Shown: positions 9,512 through 20,558 of the stretch, piece after piece | Layout: each line of letters starts with the position of its first letter | Numbering within the stretch: the first letter of the stretch is position 1 | Source: Dehalococcoidia bacterium | GTDB taxonomy: Bacteria > Chloroflexota > Dehalococcoidia > Lucifugimonadales > UBA6952 | DNA length: 64,000 bases | Direction of reading: 5' to 3' | Assembly (NCBI GenBank): GCA_022450525.1 | Contig: JAKUQA010000007.1 | Coordinates: 1,361 to 65,360 of the forward strand | The notes under the pieces: generated by a model | Seen by the model: only the letters and a program-made list of their open reading frames with translations | The model's database searches: none | What the model was told of the DNA's origin: nothing | Made by a program: the position numbers and the translations under genes

Positions 9512-11032
9512 ATGACAGATAAAGTGTTGATATTAGATACAACTCTACGTGATGGTGAACAAGCTGCTGGTGCGGCTATGACAATTGATGAAAAGTATGA
9601 AGTTGCACAACAACTTGACCGTCTGGGTGTAGATATTATTGAAGCAGGATTTCCCATGAGTTCTCCAGGAGACTTTGCGGCAGTGAAGAAAATTGCCGAC
9701 GAAATAAGACGACCAATTATAGCAGCGTTGTCACATGCAAATAATAAAGCTGTTGATAGAACATGGGAAGCAATTAAAGGAGCAGCCCATCCAAGAATTC
9801 ATATATTCTTATCAAGCTCAGATATTCATATAGCTCATCAATTGAAAAAGAACCGTGAAGAAGTTCTAGCAATGGCAGTTGATAATGTAGCTCGTGCTAA
9901 AAGTTATTGTGACGACGTTGAATTCTCTCCTATGGATGCAACTCGAACTGACCCAGAGTATTTATTTGGTATGCTAGAAGCATGTATCAATGCAGGTGCA
10001 ACAACCTTGAATATTCCAGATACTGTTGGTTATGCCGATCCAAGAGAGTTTGCAAGATTACTTGTCGACATTCAGGAAAAAGTTCCAAACATAGATAAGG
10101 CAAACATTAGTGTTCATTGCCACAATGATTTAGGTATGGCAGTTGCAAATAGTTTGGCAGCTGTAAAGGTAGGTGCTCGTCAAGTCGAAGGATGTATTAA
10201 TGGTATTGGAGAAAGAGCAGGAAATGCAGCTCTTGAAGAAGTTATTATGGCTCTCCATACTCGTAAAGACTATTATCAAGTCGATTTAAATATAGACCCG
10301 ACACAAATCTATAGGTCAAGTAGATTGGTTAGTGATATAACAGGATTTGCTATTCAACCTAATAAGGCTGTTACTGGTGGTAATGCATTTCGTCACGCTT
10401 CTGGTATACACCAAGACGGATTACTTAAGGATAGAACAACTTATGAAATTATGGATCCACAAATGGTTGGATGGCCAAGTAGTGAATTAGTTCTAGGTAA
10501 ACTTAGTGGAAGGCATGGTTTAAAATCTAGACTAAATGAATTAGGATATGAACCTTCAGATGCCGAATTAAATAGACTCTTTGAAGAATTTAAAGTGTTA
10601 GCTGATAAAAAGAGAGAAGTAACTGATAGAGACCTAGAAGCATTAATGAAGGATCAAAGAAGAAGTTTTGATGAAACTTTTACTCTAGATCAAATTCAAG
10701 TCACATGTGGAGATCAAGGAATTCCAACCGCAACAATTACTGTTACTGGCCCTGATGGGACTTCTAAGACGGATGCTGCAACAGGAACTGGTCCGGTTGA
10801 TGCTGTTTATCAAGCTATTAACAGAGTAATAAATGTAGATAATGAACTTACTGAATTCAGCGTTAAGTCAGTTACCGAAGGTATCGATGCGGTGGGAGAA
10901 GTAGTCATAAGAATTGTTAGTGAAGAGGCAGAATATGTTGGGCGAGGCGCTGATACTGATATAATCGTTGCATCTGCCAAAGCATATATGAATGCTCTAA
11001 ATCGTTTATTAAGTATTGGTGTAGTAAATTAA
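9512..11032 (+). CDS. leuA: 2-isopropylmalate synthase
   Basis: 506 aa. [23 protein letters not shown], and a C-terminal LeuA dimerisation/regulatory domain. Confidence 0.93.
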   Translation: MTDKVLILDTTLRDGEQAAGAAMTIDEKYEVAQQLDRLGVDIIEAGFPMSSPGDFAAVKKIADEIRRPIIAALSHANNKAVDRTWEAIKGAAHPRIHIFLSSSDIHIAHQLKKNREEVLAMAVDNVARAKSYCDDVEFSPMDATRTDPEYLFGMLEACINAGATTLNIPDTVGYADPREFARLLVDIQEKVPNIDKANISVHCHNDLGMAVANSLAAVKVGARQVEGCINGIGERAGNAALEEVIMALHTRKDYYQVDLNIDPTQIYRSSRLVSDITGFAIQPNKAVTGGNAFRHASGIHQDGLLKDRTTYEIMDPQMVGWPSSELVLGKLSGRHGLKSRLNELGYEPSDAELNRLFEEFKVLADKKREVTDRDLEALMKDQRRSFDETFTLDQIQVTCGDQGIPTATITVTGPDGTSKTDAATGTGPVDAVYQAINRVINVDNELTEFSVKSVTEGIDAVGEVVIRIVSEEAEYVGRGADTDIIVASAKAYMNALNRLLSIGVVN

Positions 11033-11069
11033 TAAGAATTCTTGTATCGATAATTCAAGAGAGGGAATC

Positions 11070-12476
11070 ATGGGGAAAACATTATTTGATAAAATTTGGG
11101 ATGAACATGTAGTTGTTCAAGATATTGATAAACCATCATTGTTATATATTGATTTGCATTTAATTCATGAAGTAACATCACCACAAGCATTTGATGGTCT
11201 TCGAGATACTAATCGAAAAGTTAGAAGACCAGAACTTACTATTGCCACTGTAGATCATAATGTACCTACTAAAGACAGACATTTGCCAATAGCAGATCAA
11301 ATTTCAAGAACGCAAATTGAGTATTTAGATAGAAATGTTAAAGAATTTGGTATTACCTATTATGGAATGAATAGTGCAGGTCAAGGGATTGTTCACGTCA
11401 TCGGACCAGAACAAGGCTACACACAACCAGGTAAAACAATTGTCTGTGGGGATAGTCATACATCCACCCATGGTGCTTTTGGGGCACTAGCATTTGGTAT
11501 AGGTACTTCTGAAGTAGAACATGTACTAGCTACACAATGTCTGCGACAAAGTAAACCCAAAACAATGGAAGTTAGAGTAGATGGGACATTACCTTTTGGG
11601 GTTACAGCTAAGGATATAATCTTAGGAGTAATTGGACAAATTGGTGTTGATGGTGCTGTAGGGCATGTTATTGAATACACAGGTGAAGCTATCCGCTCTT
11701 TATCTATGGAAGGTAGAATGACTGTATGTAATATGTCCATCGAGGCGGGCGGCCGAGCAGGAATGATTGCCCCAGATGAAACTACATATGAATATCTAAA
11801 AGGGCGACCTCACTGTCCTAAAGGCAGAAATTTTGATAAGGCTATAGAAAAATGGGATCAATATAAAAGTGATCCTGATGCTGAATACGATAAAGTGGTA
11901 ATAATCAATGCTGAAGATTTAGCTCCTTTTGTTACTTGGGGAACTAATCCAGGAATGGTTGCAAAAATAACAGATTCTGTGCCTAATCCTGATTCTTTTG
12001 AATTAGAAAGCCAACAGTTAGCTGGACAGAAAGCCTTAGAATATATGCAATTAAATGCAGGAACCCCGATAACTGACATACCATTAGACAGGGTTTTTAT
12101 TGGATCATGTACTAATTCTCGGATCGAAGATTTACGAGCAGCAGCAGAAGTCGTTAAAGGTTATAAAGTTAGCGAAACAGTTAATGCTATGGTAGTTCCT
12201 GGGTCATTTAAAGTTAAGGAAAAAGCCGAAAAAGAGGGATTGGATAGAATTTTTAAAGAATCAGGATTTGAATGGCGTGATGCCGGATGTTCCATGTGTT
12301 TGGGAATGAACCCTGATATTTTATCTCCTGGAGAACGATGTGCTTCCACTTCAAATAGGAATTTTGAAGGTAGGCAAGGTCCAGGTGGACTTACGCATTT
12401 AGTGAGCCCGCAAATGGCCGCAGCCGCAGCAATACAAGGTACTTTTGTTGATATCAGAGATTGGTCTTTTAGATAA
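11070..12476 (+). CDS. leuC: 3-isopropylmalate dehydratase large subunit
   Basis: 468 aa. Aconitase-family motifs ([29 protein letters not shown]). Confidence 0.93.
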   Translation: MGKTLFDKIWDEHVVVQDIDKPSLLYIDLHLIHEVTSPQAFDGLRDTNRKVRRPELTIATVDHNVPTKDRHLPIADQISRTQIEYLDRNVKEFGITYYGMNSAGQGIVHVIGPEQGYTQPGKTIVCGDSHTSTHGAFGALAFGIGTSEVEHVLATQCLRQSKPKTMEVRVDGTLPFGVTAKDIILGVIGQIGVDGAVGHVIEYTGEAIRSLSMEGRMTVCNMSIEAGGRAGMIAPDETTYEYLKGRPHCPKGRNFDKAIEKWDQYKSDPDAEYDKVVIINAEDLAPFVTWGTNPGMVAKITDSVPNPDSFELESQQLAGQKALEYMQLNAGTPITDIPLDRVFIGSCTNSRIEDLRAAAEVVKGYKVSETVNAMVVPGSFKVKEKAEKEGLDRIFKESGFEWRDAGCSMCLGMNPDILSPGERCASTSNRNFEGRQGPGGLTHLVSPQMAAAAAIQGTFVDIRDWSFR

Positions 12477-12496
12477 TATAATTAAGGAAAATAATT

Positions 12497-13090
12497 ATGG
12501 AAAAATATAATAAAACAAATGGCAAAGTTCTTCCTTTAGATAGAGCAAATGTTGATACTGACCAAATCATACCAGCGAAGTATCTAAAAAGAGTAGAAAG
12601 GACTGGATTTGGGCAATATTTATTTGACGCCTGGAGGAAATTACCTGACGGTACACCGAATCCAGAGTTTATTCTTAATGATGATCGTTATAACGGGGCA
12701 ACTATTTTAGTTGCTGGTCCTAATTTTGGTAGTGGATCATCACGAGAACATGCACCTTGGGCTTTGAATGATTATGGCTTTAGAACTATTATAGCCCCAA
12801 GTTTTGCAGATATTTTTAGAAATAACTGCTTTCAAAATGGAATGCTGCCGATCGTTTTAGATCAGGCAATTATAGATAAAATTATTGAAAAGTCTTCTAA
12901 AAACCCAGACTACTCTTTAACTGTTGATCTTGAATCAGGAGTCATTAGTGATTCAGAAGAATTAACAATTGAATTTACAATTGATTCTTTTAAAAAACAT
13001 TGTTTACTCGAAGGTTTAGATGATATTGGTTTGACTTTGTCTGAAGAATCAATGATCAAAAACTTTGAATCGAGACACGTAATAAGTTAG
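12497..13090 (+). CDS. leuD: 3-isopropylmalate dehydratase small subunit
   Basis: 197 aa. [15 protein letters not shown] swivel-domain motif. Confidence 0.93.
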   Translation: MEKYNKTNGKVLPLDRANVDTDQIIPAKYLKRVERTGFGQYLFDAWRKLPDGTPNPEFILNDDRYNGATILVAGPNFGSGSSREHAPWALNDYGFRTIIAPSFADIFRNNCFQNGMLPIVLDQAIIDKIIEKSSKNPDYSLTVDLESGVISDSEELTIEFTIDSFKKHCLLEGLDDIGLTLSEESMIKNFESRHVIS

Positions 13091-13099
13091 AACTATATT

Positions 13100-14263
13100 A
13101 TGTCGTTTTCGTTTAATATTGATAGCAATTGTGAAAAAGCCAGAGCTGGGACACTATTAGTAGATGGTAATGAAATCTCAACTCCGGTGTTCATGCCCGT
13201 AGCTACTAAATCTGCAGTACGTACTTTATCTTCTGCTGATTTGATTGAACTTAATTTTGATATTATTTTAAGTAATACTTATCATTTATATTTAACCCCC
13301 GGAACTAATGTTCTTTCACAATTCAATGGGTTACATAATTTCATGAAATGGCCTAAATCTATACTTACTGATAGTGGTGGATATCAAGTTTTTAGCCTAA
13401 ACCATAATACAAAGATTAGTGAAGAAGGGGTTGTTTTTAAATCTCATATTGATGGCTCTTCACATTTTTTTTCACCAGAATCAGTAATGGCTATTCAACA
13501 AATCATAGGATCGAATATCGTCATGCCCTTAGATCATTGTATATATTCTGCAGATGATGAAATAGATGTAAGAAATTCGATGCAAAGAACTCATGACTGG
13601 TTAATTAGATCTGTTAATTCTCATAATAGCTCGAATAGTGCATTGTTTGGAATTGTACAAGGAGGCGTATATTCAAATCTTCGGAAAGAATCATGTCTTT
13701 TTGAATCAGAATTAGATTTACCTGGTTATTCGATCGGAGGATTAGCTGTTGGAGAAGATAAATCAACAATGTATAGAATAGTTGAAGAATGTAATGAATA
13801 CCTTCCTTCTGATAAACCAAGATATTTAATGGGAGTTGGTTCGCCAGAAGATTTAGTTACATGTGTAAGTTTAGGTGTTGATATGTTTGATTGTGTGTTG
13901 CCTACTAGACTTGCTAGAAATGGGGCAATTTTTACAAAAGCAGGTCGTAAGAATATAAAAAAATCTACAAATAAATTACTCGATACGCCCTTAGAAGACG
14001 ATTGTCTATGTGAATGTTGTCAAAATTATTCAGCAGGATATATACATCAGTTATTTAAAGTATCAGAAATACTTGGTTATAGATTAGCAACTATTCATAA
14101 TTTGTTTTTTTTAAAACAACTTATGGTAAATATACGCAACTCTATTTTGAATAATACATTTAATTCATTTAAAAACGAATTTCTTTCAAATTACCAACCA
14201 ACTAATGAGATTGCCAGAATGGAACAGAAGAAACAATGGTTAAAGGGAAGAAATATTATTTAA
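13100..14263 (+). CDS. tgt: Queuine tRNA-ribosyltransferase
   Basis: 387 aa. TPVFMPVAT, LTDSGGYQVFSL, and the Zn site CxCxxC...H (CLCECCQNYSAGYIHQL). Confidence 0.9.
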   Translation: MSFSFNIDSNCEKARAGTLLVDGNEISTPVFMPVATKSAVRTLSSADLIELNFDIILSNTYHLYLTPGTNVLSQFNGLHNFMKWPKSILTDSGGYQVFSLNHNTKISEEGVVFKSHIDGSSHFFSPESVMAIQQIIGSNIVMPLDHCIYSADDEIDVRNSMQRTHDWLIRSVNSHNSSNSALFGIVQGGVYSNLRKESCLFESELDLPGYSIGGLAVGEDKSTMYRIVEECNEYLPSDKPRYLMGVGSPEDLVTCVSLGVDMFDCVLPTRLARNGAIFTKAGRKNIKKSTNKLLDTPLEDDCLCECCQNYSAGYIHQLFKVSEILGYRLATIHNLFFLKQLMVNIRNSILNNTFNSFKNEFLSNYQPTNEIARMEQKKQWLKGRNII

Positions 14264-15653
14264 TATCTGTCTGTTTATTGTTAAAAGGATTTTCTTTCTC
14301 GTATGCCCATGCAGCCTGATATATTGTAGATTCATCAAAATAAGGTCCAGCAATTTGAAAACCTAACGGTAGTCCATTAGTGGCTAACCCTGTAGGTATT
14401 GCACACGCAGGGTGCCCGGTAATATTGAATACAGTTCGTGCTTGCCTAGGATAGGTTCTTGCTACTGTTTCAGGTTCATCGATTCTACATGCTGTTTCCA
14501 TACTAGATGCAGTCATTATTAAATCAAAGTTTTTAAATTGGTTATTAATTTCTTGAGTGAGTTTTGTACGTGTTCGCTGTGCATTTACGTAATCTTCACC
14601 TTTTATAAAAAGTCCAGGCATGAGTCTTGTGCGTGTTGCCTTACTGTAGTCTTCTGGGCGTGTTTTGTACCACTGGTCATGGATTGATAATGCTTCACAA
14701 TACATTATTATTGAATTACATGAAGAAAAATGACTTAATGGCGAAACATGAATTTCTTCTACTATTGCACCAAGTTTTCGAAATGTATCAGCAGCATCGT
14801 CGATTGCTTTACACATTTCAACATCAGCTTTTAAGTCAGTAGTATAAAAATGTCGGATCAATCCTATACGTAGTCCTTTGACTCCTTTATGGAGAAATTC
14901 TGTAAAGTCAGGAAGTATTTGGTTTTTTTCGGTACTTGGGTCGTTTTTATCATATCCTGCAATAGCGTTTAAAAGTATGGCATTATCTTCTACAGTCCTT
15001 GTCATTGGCCCAACATGGTCAAGAGAAAAACTTAATGGCACAACACCAGCCTTACTTACCCTACCATAGGTTGCTTTCATTCCTATTATTCCACAAGAAG
15101 TAGCAGGATTTCTAACTGAGCCTCCTGTATCTGTACCTAATGCCGCTGGTAACATTCCACTTCCTACAGCTGATCCAGAACCACTTGATGAGCCTCCTGG
15201 ATGATGGTTGATATTCCAAGGATTTCTGGCAGGTGGGAAAGGGAGATCAAATGCTGGTCCTCCTATTGCAAATTCATGTAAGGCTAATTTCCCCATTAAA
15301 ATTCCACCTGAAGAATCTAATTTATCAGTCACATATGCGTTTGATTTAGGCATATTATCAATTAATATTTTTGAATGAGCTGTCGTTTCAAATCCCACAA
15401 CGTCAATGATATCTTTTAAGCCGAAAGGTATGCCTGTCATAGTTGTTAAGGATTTGTTTTTTAAGATTGCTTCTTCAGCTCTTTTTGCATCAGCGAGAGC
15501 TCTTTCGGGCGTAAATTTTATATATGCATTTAATTTAGGATCAAGTTGTTCGGTTCTGGATATTAATGCCTGTGTGTATTCTACTGGAGATAGTGTTCCA
15601 GAATGAATTTCTTCAGATGCTTCTTTGATTGTTAACCAATGTAAATCATTCAT
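14256..15653 (-). CDS. Amidase-signature family amidase
   Basis: 465 aa. The AS signature GGSSSGSGSAVGSGMLPAALGTDTGGSVRNPA is present. No gatB is nearby, so GatA is not assumed. Its stop overlaps the tgt stop convergently. Confidence 0.85.
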   Translation of the reverse strand: MNDLHWLTIKEASEEIHSGTLSPVEYTQALISRTEQLDPKLNAYIKFTPERALADAKRAEEAILKNKSLTTMTGIPFGLKDIIDVVGFETTAHSKILIDNMPKSNAYVTDKLDSSGGILMGKLALHEFAIGGPAFDLPFPPARNPWNINHHPGGSSSGSGSAVGSGMLPAALGTDTGGSVRNPATSCGIIGMKATYGRVSKAGVVPLSFSLDHVGPMTRTVEDNAILLNAIAGYDKNDPSTEKNQILPDFTEFLHKGVKGLRIGLIRHFYTTDLKADVEMCKAIDDAADTFRKLGAIVEEIHVSPLSHFSSCNSIIMYCEALSIHDQWYKTRPEDYSKATRTRLMPGLFIKGEDYVNAQRTRTKLTQEINNQFKNFDLIMTASSMETACRIDEPETVARTYPRQARTVFNITGHPACAIPTGLATNGLPLGFQIAGPYFDESTIYQAAWAYEKENPFNNKQTDIK

Positions 15654-15849
15654 TGTTATCTATATTTATTTTATTTGGAGTAAAAACATTTGATGGTTCA
15701 TCATACATGTGGTGTGAATCTGGCATTGTTTTTGTTAAAGATTCAGCTGTTTGTTTTGCGGAAGTTATCTCTTGTGAAAATTTATCCACAAGTATTTCAT
15801 AACCCGATTCTTTTAATTGATTGAAGAAAATTTCTGATTCAGAACTCAT
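15646..15849 (-). CDS. Small acidic protein, possible GatC/AtzG-like partner of the amidase
   Basis: The track ORF 15646..15879 overlaps the upstream gene. The internal ATG at 15849 (MSSESEIFFNQLKE...) is preferred. Its stop overlaps the amidase start by 8 nt. No recognisable motif, so the call rests on size and synteny only. Confidence 0.4.
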   Translation of the reverse strand: MSSESEIFFNQLKESGYEILVDKFSQEITSAKQTAESLTKTMPDSHHMYDEPSNVFTPNKINIDNNE

Positions 15850-15862
15850 AATATATACTTTC

Positions 15863-16141
15863 TTATTTACCACCAGCAACAGCAGGGACGATACTTACTT
15901 CATCTCCGGATTCAGTTGGAGTATTCATTCCTTCTATAAATCGTATATCTTCGCCGTTAAGATATATGTTTACAAAATATCGTAATTCACCATCTTCATC
16001 ACATAATCTTTCTTTCATTCCATTGTATTCTTTTTCAAGTAAGTCAATTAACTCTCCAATATTTCCAGCAGTTATTTCCACTTGATCTAATTCGTTTGTT
16101 AGCTTCCTTAATGGGCCAGGGATTCTAACTTTTATACCCAT
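15863..16141 (-). CDS. MoaD/ThiS-family ubiquitin-like sulfur-carrier-type protein, C-terminus ...AVAGGK
   Basis: 92 aa. Beta-grasp-like sequence (RYFVNIYLNGEDIRF...GDEVSIVPAVAGG) with one extra Lys after the Gly-Gly. Confidence 0.7.
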   Translation of the reverse strand: MGIKVRIPGPLRKLTNELDQVEITAGNIGELIDLLEKEYNGMKERLCDEDGELRYFVNIYLNGEDIRFIEGMNTPTESGDEVSIVPAVAGGK

Positions 16142-16168
16142 CGATTTTCCCCTCCAATTGTGTATATA

Positions 16169-16426
16169 TTATCCTTCAACTAGTGATTCATCATTTGCGT
16201 TATCATTTAAATCATCTACAGTGACTCCTGATGTTCTTGTCCATTCTAGGCATTTAGCTATTTCTTCTTCTGAACCGTCAATATCAAGAATAACCCATCC
16301 CATTTCTGGTCGAACATCAGCTCTTCTTATATTTGTAATTACATTAAAGTTTTTAGTAATGCTATATATAATAGGCTCTGTAACTAAATTAGTTGGGAAT
16401 GTAAATTTTACACGTTTTACTGACAT
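16169..16426 (-). CDS. NIL-domain protein
   Basis: 85 aa. VKRVKFTFPTNLVTEPIIYSITKNFNVITNIRRADV...GWVILDIDGSEEEIAKCLEWTRTSGVTVDDL matches the stand-alone NIL (MetN C-terminal-like) domain pattern. GGGAGGA RBS. Confidence 0.65.
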   Translation of the reverse strand: MSVKRVKFTFPTNLVTEPIIYSITKNFNVITNIRRADVRPEMGWVILDIDGSEEEIAKCLEWTRTSGVTVDDLNDNANDESLVEG

Positions 16427-16516
16427 TTATAATATCCTCCCATAAAATTTTAGCGTATCTAGATACAAATGTGCATCAAATAATGACTAATAATTGTGTA
16501 GGAATTATATCAAAAA

Positions 16517-16537
16517 CCTTAACAATTTGATAGTGAA
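16517..16537. repeat. 3'-flank half of the 16S precursor processing stem
   Basis: CCTTAACAATTTGATAGTGAA is the perfect reverse complement of 18201..18221. Confidence 0.8.
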
Positions 16538-16683
16538 GGGAAGGGTTCAGATCATAAATGACCTGAAATATAATTCTTTTTTTAACCTGCGTTTATTTTT
16601 TAATCTAGTTCCAGGTTATAAACCAAATACTGAAAATCAGTAAAATAAACGTCGACTTAAGGAATCCATTTAAGGAATCTCCC

Positions 16684-18190
<1,507 letters not shown>

Positions 18191-18200
18191 AAACCTTCCA

Positions 18201-18221
18201 TTCACTATCAAATTGTTAAGG
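18201..18221. repeat. 5'-flank half of the 16S precursor processing stem
   Basis: TTCACTATCAAATTGTTAAGG is the perfect 21-nt complement of 16517..16537. The geometry is typical of an RNase III stalk enclosing 16S. Confidence 0.8.
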
Positions 18222-18319
18222 TAAATAGTCTAAAGTTCGTTTAAAGAGAACCTGGCGGATTCTATTATTAAAAAAACAAAAGACAACTATCTAAAGAATT
18301 GCTCTTTAGGTAAAAAGCT

Positions 18320-18348
18320 ATAGTAGTTAATTTAGCCATATATGTCAA
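18320..18348 (-). promoter_or_regulatory. Candidate 16S rRNA promoter
   Basis: On the minus strand, TTGACA (18348..18343), a 17-nt spacer, then TACTAT (18325..18320). It lies about 130 nt upstream of the mature 16S 5' end. Confidence 0.45.
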
Positions 18349-18529
18349 GGCTAAACACTAGATTTAATCAAATCTAATGAATTTTGTTATAAATAACGTC
18401 ACTTCGATTGGAGTATTCTATAAAAACAGGTTCCATTTATGAATTAGCATTTAAGTTTATTGATATAGTTTCTTACTCAAGCGCCATTCTAGGAAATACC
18501 AATACATATAAATATATAAAACATATGAA

Positions 18530-19162
18530 TTATAGATGAAGATTATCGAGCTTATTTTCTAATGCTTTTTGTCGTAAAGACATGGTGAGATCCCCACGAG
18601 TCCTTTCTAATACTCCACGTAATTGATCAACGGTTCTACGCAATCCCCCAGTAACCGCTTCTGGATAATCTATTCCTGCAAGCATACTATATGTTTCGTC
18701 CATGCATTCCATCCATGTTTCACATGAATCTAAATTATCAGAACGCAAAGCATCCAGAATTGTCCTTCGTAGTTCACTCGCAGCTTCTGCTATACCATTT
18801 AAATATGGTGATATCTGCACACTCAACTCTAAAGCTGTAGGAATTTCCTTATTTGTTAGAAAAGCCAAAGCAACATTAGCTTCAGTAAATTCTTTTTGAG
18901 CATCTAGGACGTATCCTGAAGACATTATTGGTGTGTTTTCTATACTTTCATTATTGATTTTATCGATCAGTACTTTTGCTTCATTAACCAGTTTTAAACT
19001 TTCATCATACTGTTTTCGATGAGCATTTTTTATTGCAGCCGAACATAAGTGAATGATTTGACGAGTAAGCGGGTAAACTGTTTCTCGTTTATTATGGATA
19101 CTTTCAAGATCTTTCTTGGACAATTCTATATTGGTTTCGATTGATTTAATTATATTATTCAT
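18530..19162 (-). CDS. Translin-family protein (COG2178-like)
   Basis: The track ORF extends to 19246 and overlaps thiE. The ATG at 19162 (MNNIIKSIE...) is preferred. YLNGIAEAASELRR ... LRRTVDQLRGVLERTRGDL resembles the translin pattern YLxGxxxxxxELxR ... LRKRYDxLKxxxxKVE. Confidence 0.55.
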   Translation of the reverse strand: MNNIIKSIETNIELSKKDLESIHNKRETVYPLTRQIIHLCSAAIKNAHRKQYDESLKLVNEAKVLIDKINNESIENTPIMSSGYVLDAQKEFTEANVALAFLTNKEIPTALELSVQISPYLNGIAEAASELRRTILDALRSDNLDSCETWMECMDETYSMLAGIDYPEAVTGGLRRTVDQLRGVLERTRGDLTMSLRQKALENKLDNLHL

Positions 19163-19187
19163 AGTTCTTTCTCTTCGTTTTAATTTA

Positions 19188-19850
19188 TTAATTACTAAAG
19201 TTTTGTATTTTATCGACAAGGCTCTTTGTTGATTTTTCTGGGTCATCTGACAAACTTACAGCACTAATTACACAAATACTATCAGCTCCAGCTTCTAGTA
19301 CTAGATCGATATTATTTATATTTATTCCTCCAATTGCAACAACTGGTGGTAAAGGGGAGAGTTGTTTTATTTCAGTTAAATAACTTAGAGAAGAAGGTCG
19401 TGTGTTAGATTTTGAGTCTGTAGTAAACATAGCACCAATTGCAATGTAATCAGCTCCATTATTAATCGAAAGTTTGCTTTCTTCTATATTGTTATTTGAA
19501 GTTCCAATAAATTGATTAGGTTTTAGTATTTTCTTTGAATATGAATACGGTAGGTCATTTTGGCCTATATGCAGGCCATGAGAATCTGAAGCTACAGCCA
19601 AGTCTGCATGGTCATTTATGATTAATGCAGCATTGTATTCTTCACAAAGTTTTCTTAACTCAAGTGCAATTTTTAATTGTATGCCTTTATCATTTTGTTT
19701 ATCTCTCAACTGGATAGCTGTAGTTCCGCCTGATAGAGTTGCTTTTGCTAATTCAATAATTGAACTATCTTTCATTATTTCGGGATCTAAAATAACATAT
19801 AACCCTTTAACTCTATTGACTATATTCTTGGTAACATTTGAATCTTTCAT
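19188..19850 (-). CDS. thiE: Thiamine-phosphate synthase
   Basis: 220 aa. TMP-TENI family pattern (LYVILDP, IQLRDK, LIINDHADLA, GLHIGQNDL, IAIGGIN). Confidence 0.88.
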   Translation of the reverse strand: MKDSNVTKNIVNRVKGLYVILDPEIMKDSSIIELAKATLSGGTTAIQLRDKQNDKGIQLKIALELRKLCEEYNAALIINDHADLAVASDSHGLHIGQNDLPYSYSKKILKPNQFIGTSNNNIEESKLSINNGADYIAIGAMFTTDSKSNTRPSSLSYLTEIKQLSPLPPVVAIGGININNIDLVLEAGADSICVISAVSLSDDPEKSTKSLVDKIQNFSN

Positions 19851-20176
19851 AAATCTAATCCTTCAGGTAGGGTTCCATCTCTCGCAGCATCGATAGATTC
19901 TCTAATTGAATTAGGCATTTCCATATTCCAGTCAGAGAAGCTTTTTTCTACATTTCTTCCAATATTCCTAGGGTCATCGTAAAAGTTTCCTGAACTGGAA
20001 GAATTTGTTTCATGAATTTGTTGAATAGTTTTTGAAACAGAGAATTTACTCAAAATTCTTGTTAGATTATTAGAGGTGCATTTTTCACATACTGCTGTGA
20101 TACTACTGTTTATCGAACGAGTGAAAATGCTCGTTATAGCCGTACAATCCATACATTTATATTCATATATAGGCAT
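19847..20176 (-). CDS. FmdB-family zinc-ribbon protein
   Basis: 109 aa. MPIYEYKCMDC...CEKC is the canonical FmdB N-terminus. Confidence 0.7.
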   Translation of the reverse strand: MPIYEYKCMDCTAITSIFTRSINSSITAVCEKCTSNNLTRILSKFSVSKTIQQIHETNSSSSGNFYDDPRNIGRNVEKSFSDWNMEMPNSIRESIDAARDGTLPEGLDL

Positions 20177-20190
20177 ATTGTTCTCTTAAT

Positions 20191-20520
20191 TTATAATGAT
20201 TCAGAACTCTCTTTGTTTATTGTTTTACCATATTGTTCTAATTCTTTACCGAAATTATCACCCATATCTTTTCGCATTCCTTTAACCCATTGATTAATAC
20301 TGTCTGGATTATTATCATCTCGATCACTCAATGTTTCAAATGATGGTAAATTTAAACCATCATCCCAGGCTAGTTTGTGAGAAAATGATGACATTATTCT
20401 TTTAAGGTTCTTGCTTCCACATGAGGTATTGTTGCACACGATATTTGGTGTTTTACCATCTCGTATCAAGATACTGATAACATTATTACAGTCGGAACAT
20501 CTATATTCGTAAATAGGCAT
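20191..20520 (-). CDS. FmdB-family zinc-ribbon protein (tandem paralog)
   Basis: 109 aa. MPIYEYRCSDC...CNNTSCGS. Same length as its neighbour. Confidence 0.7.
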   Translation of the reverse strand: MPIYEYRCSDCNNVISILIRDGKTPNIVCNNTSCGSKNLKRIMSSFSHKLAWDDGLNLPSFETLSDRDDNNPDSINQWVKGMRKDMGDNFGKELEQYGKTINKESSESL

Positions 20521-20558
20521 AATTAATTACACATTTATATTTGGTTTATATTATATCA

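Noticed and set aside
14256-15879. Calling the small ORF + amidase as gatC-gatA
   Set aside because: - No gatB is adjacent.
- The small ORF is shorter than typical GatC and shows none of its motifs by eye.
- The amidase has SLDHVGP where GatA has the SLDQ(I/V)GP context.

I kept the call as a generic amidase with a possible GatC/AtzG-like partner.
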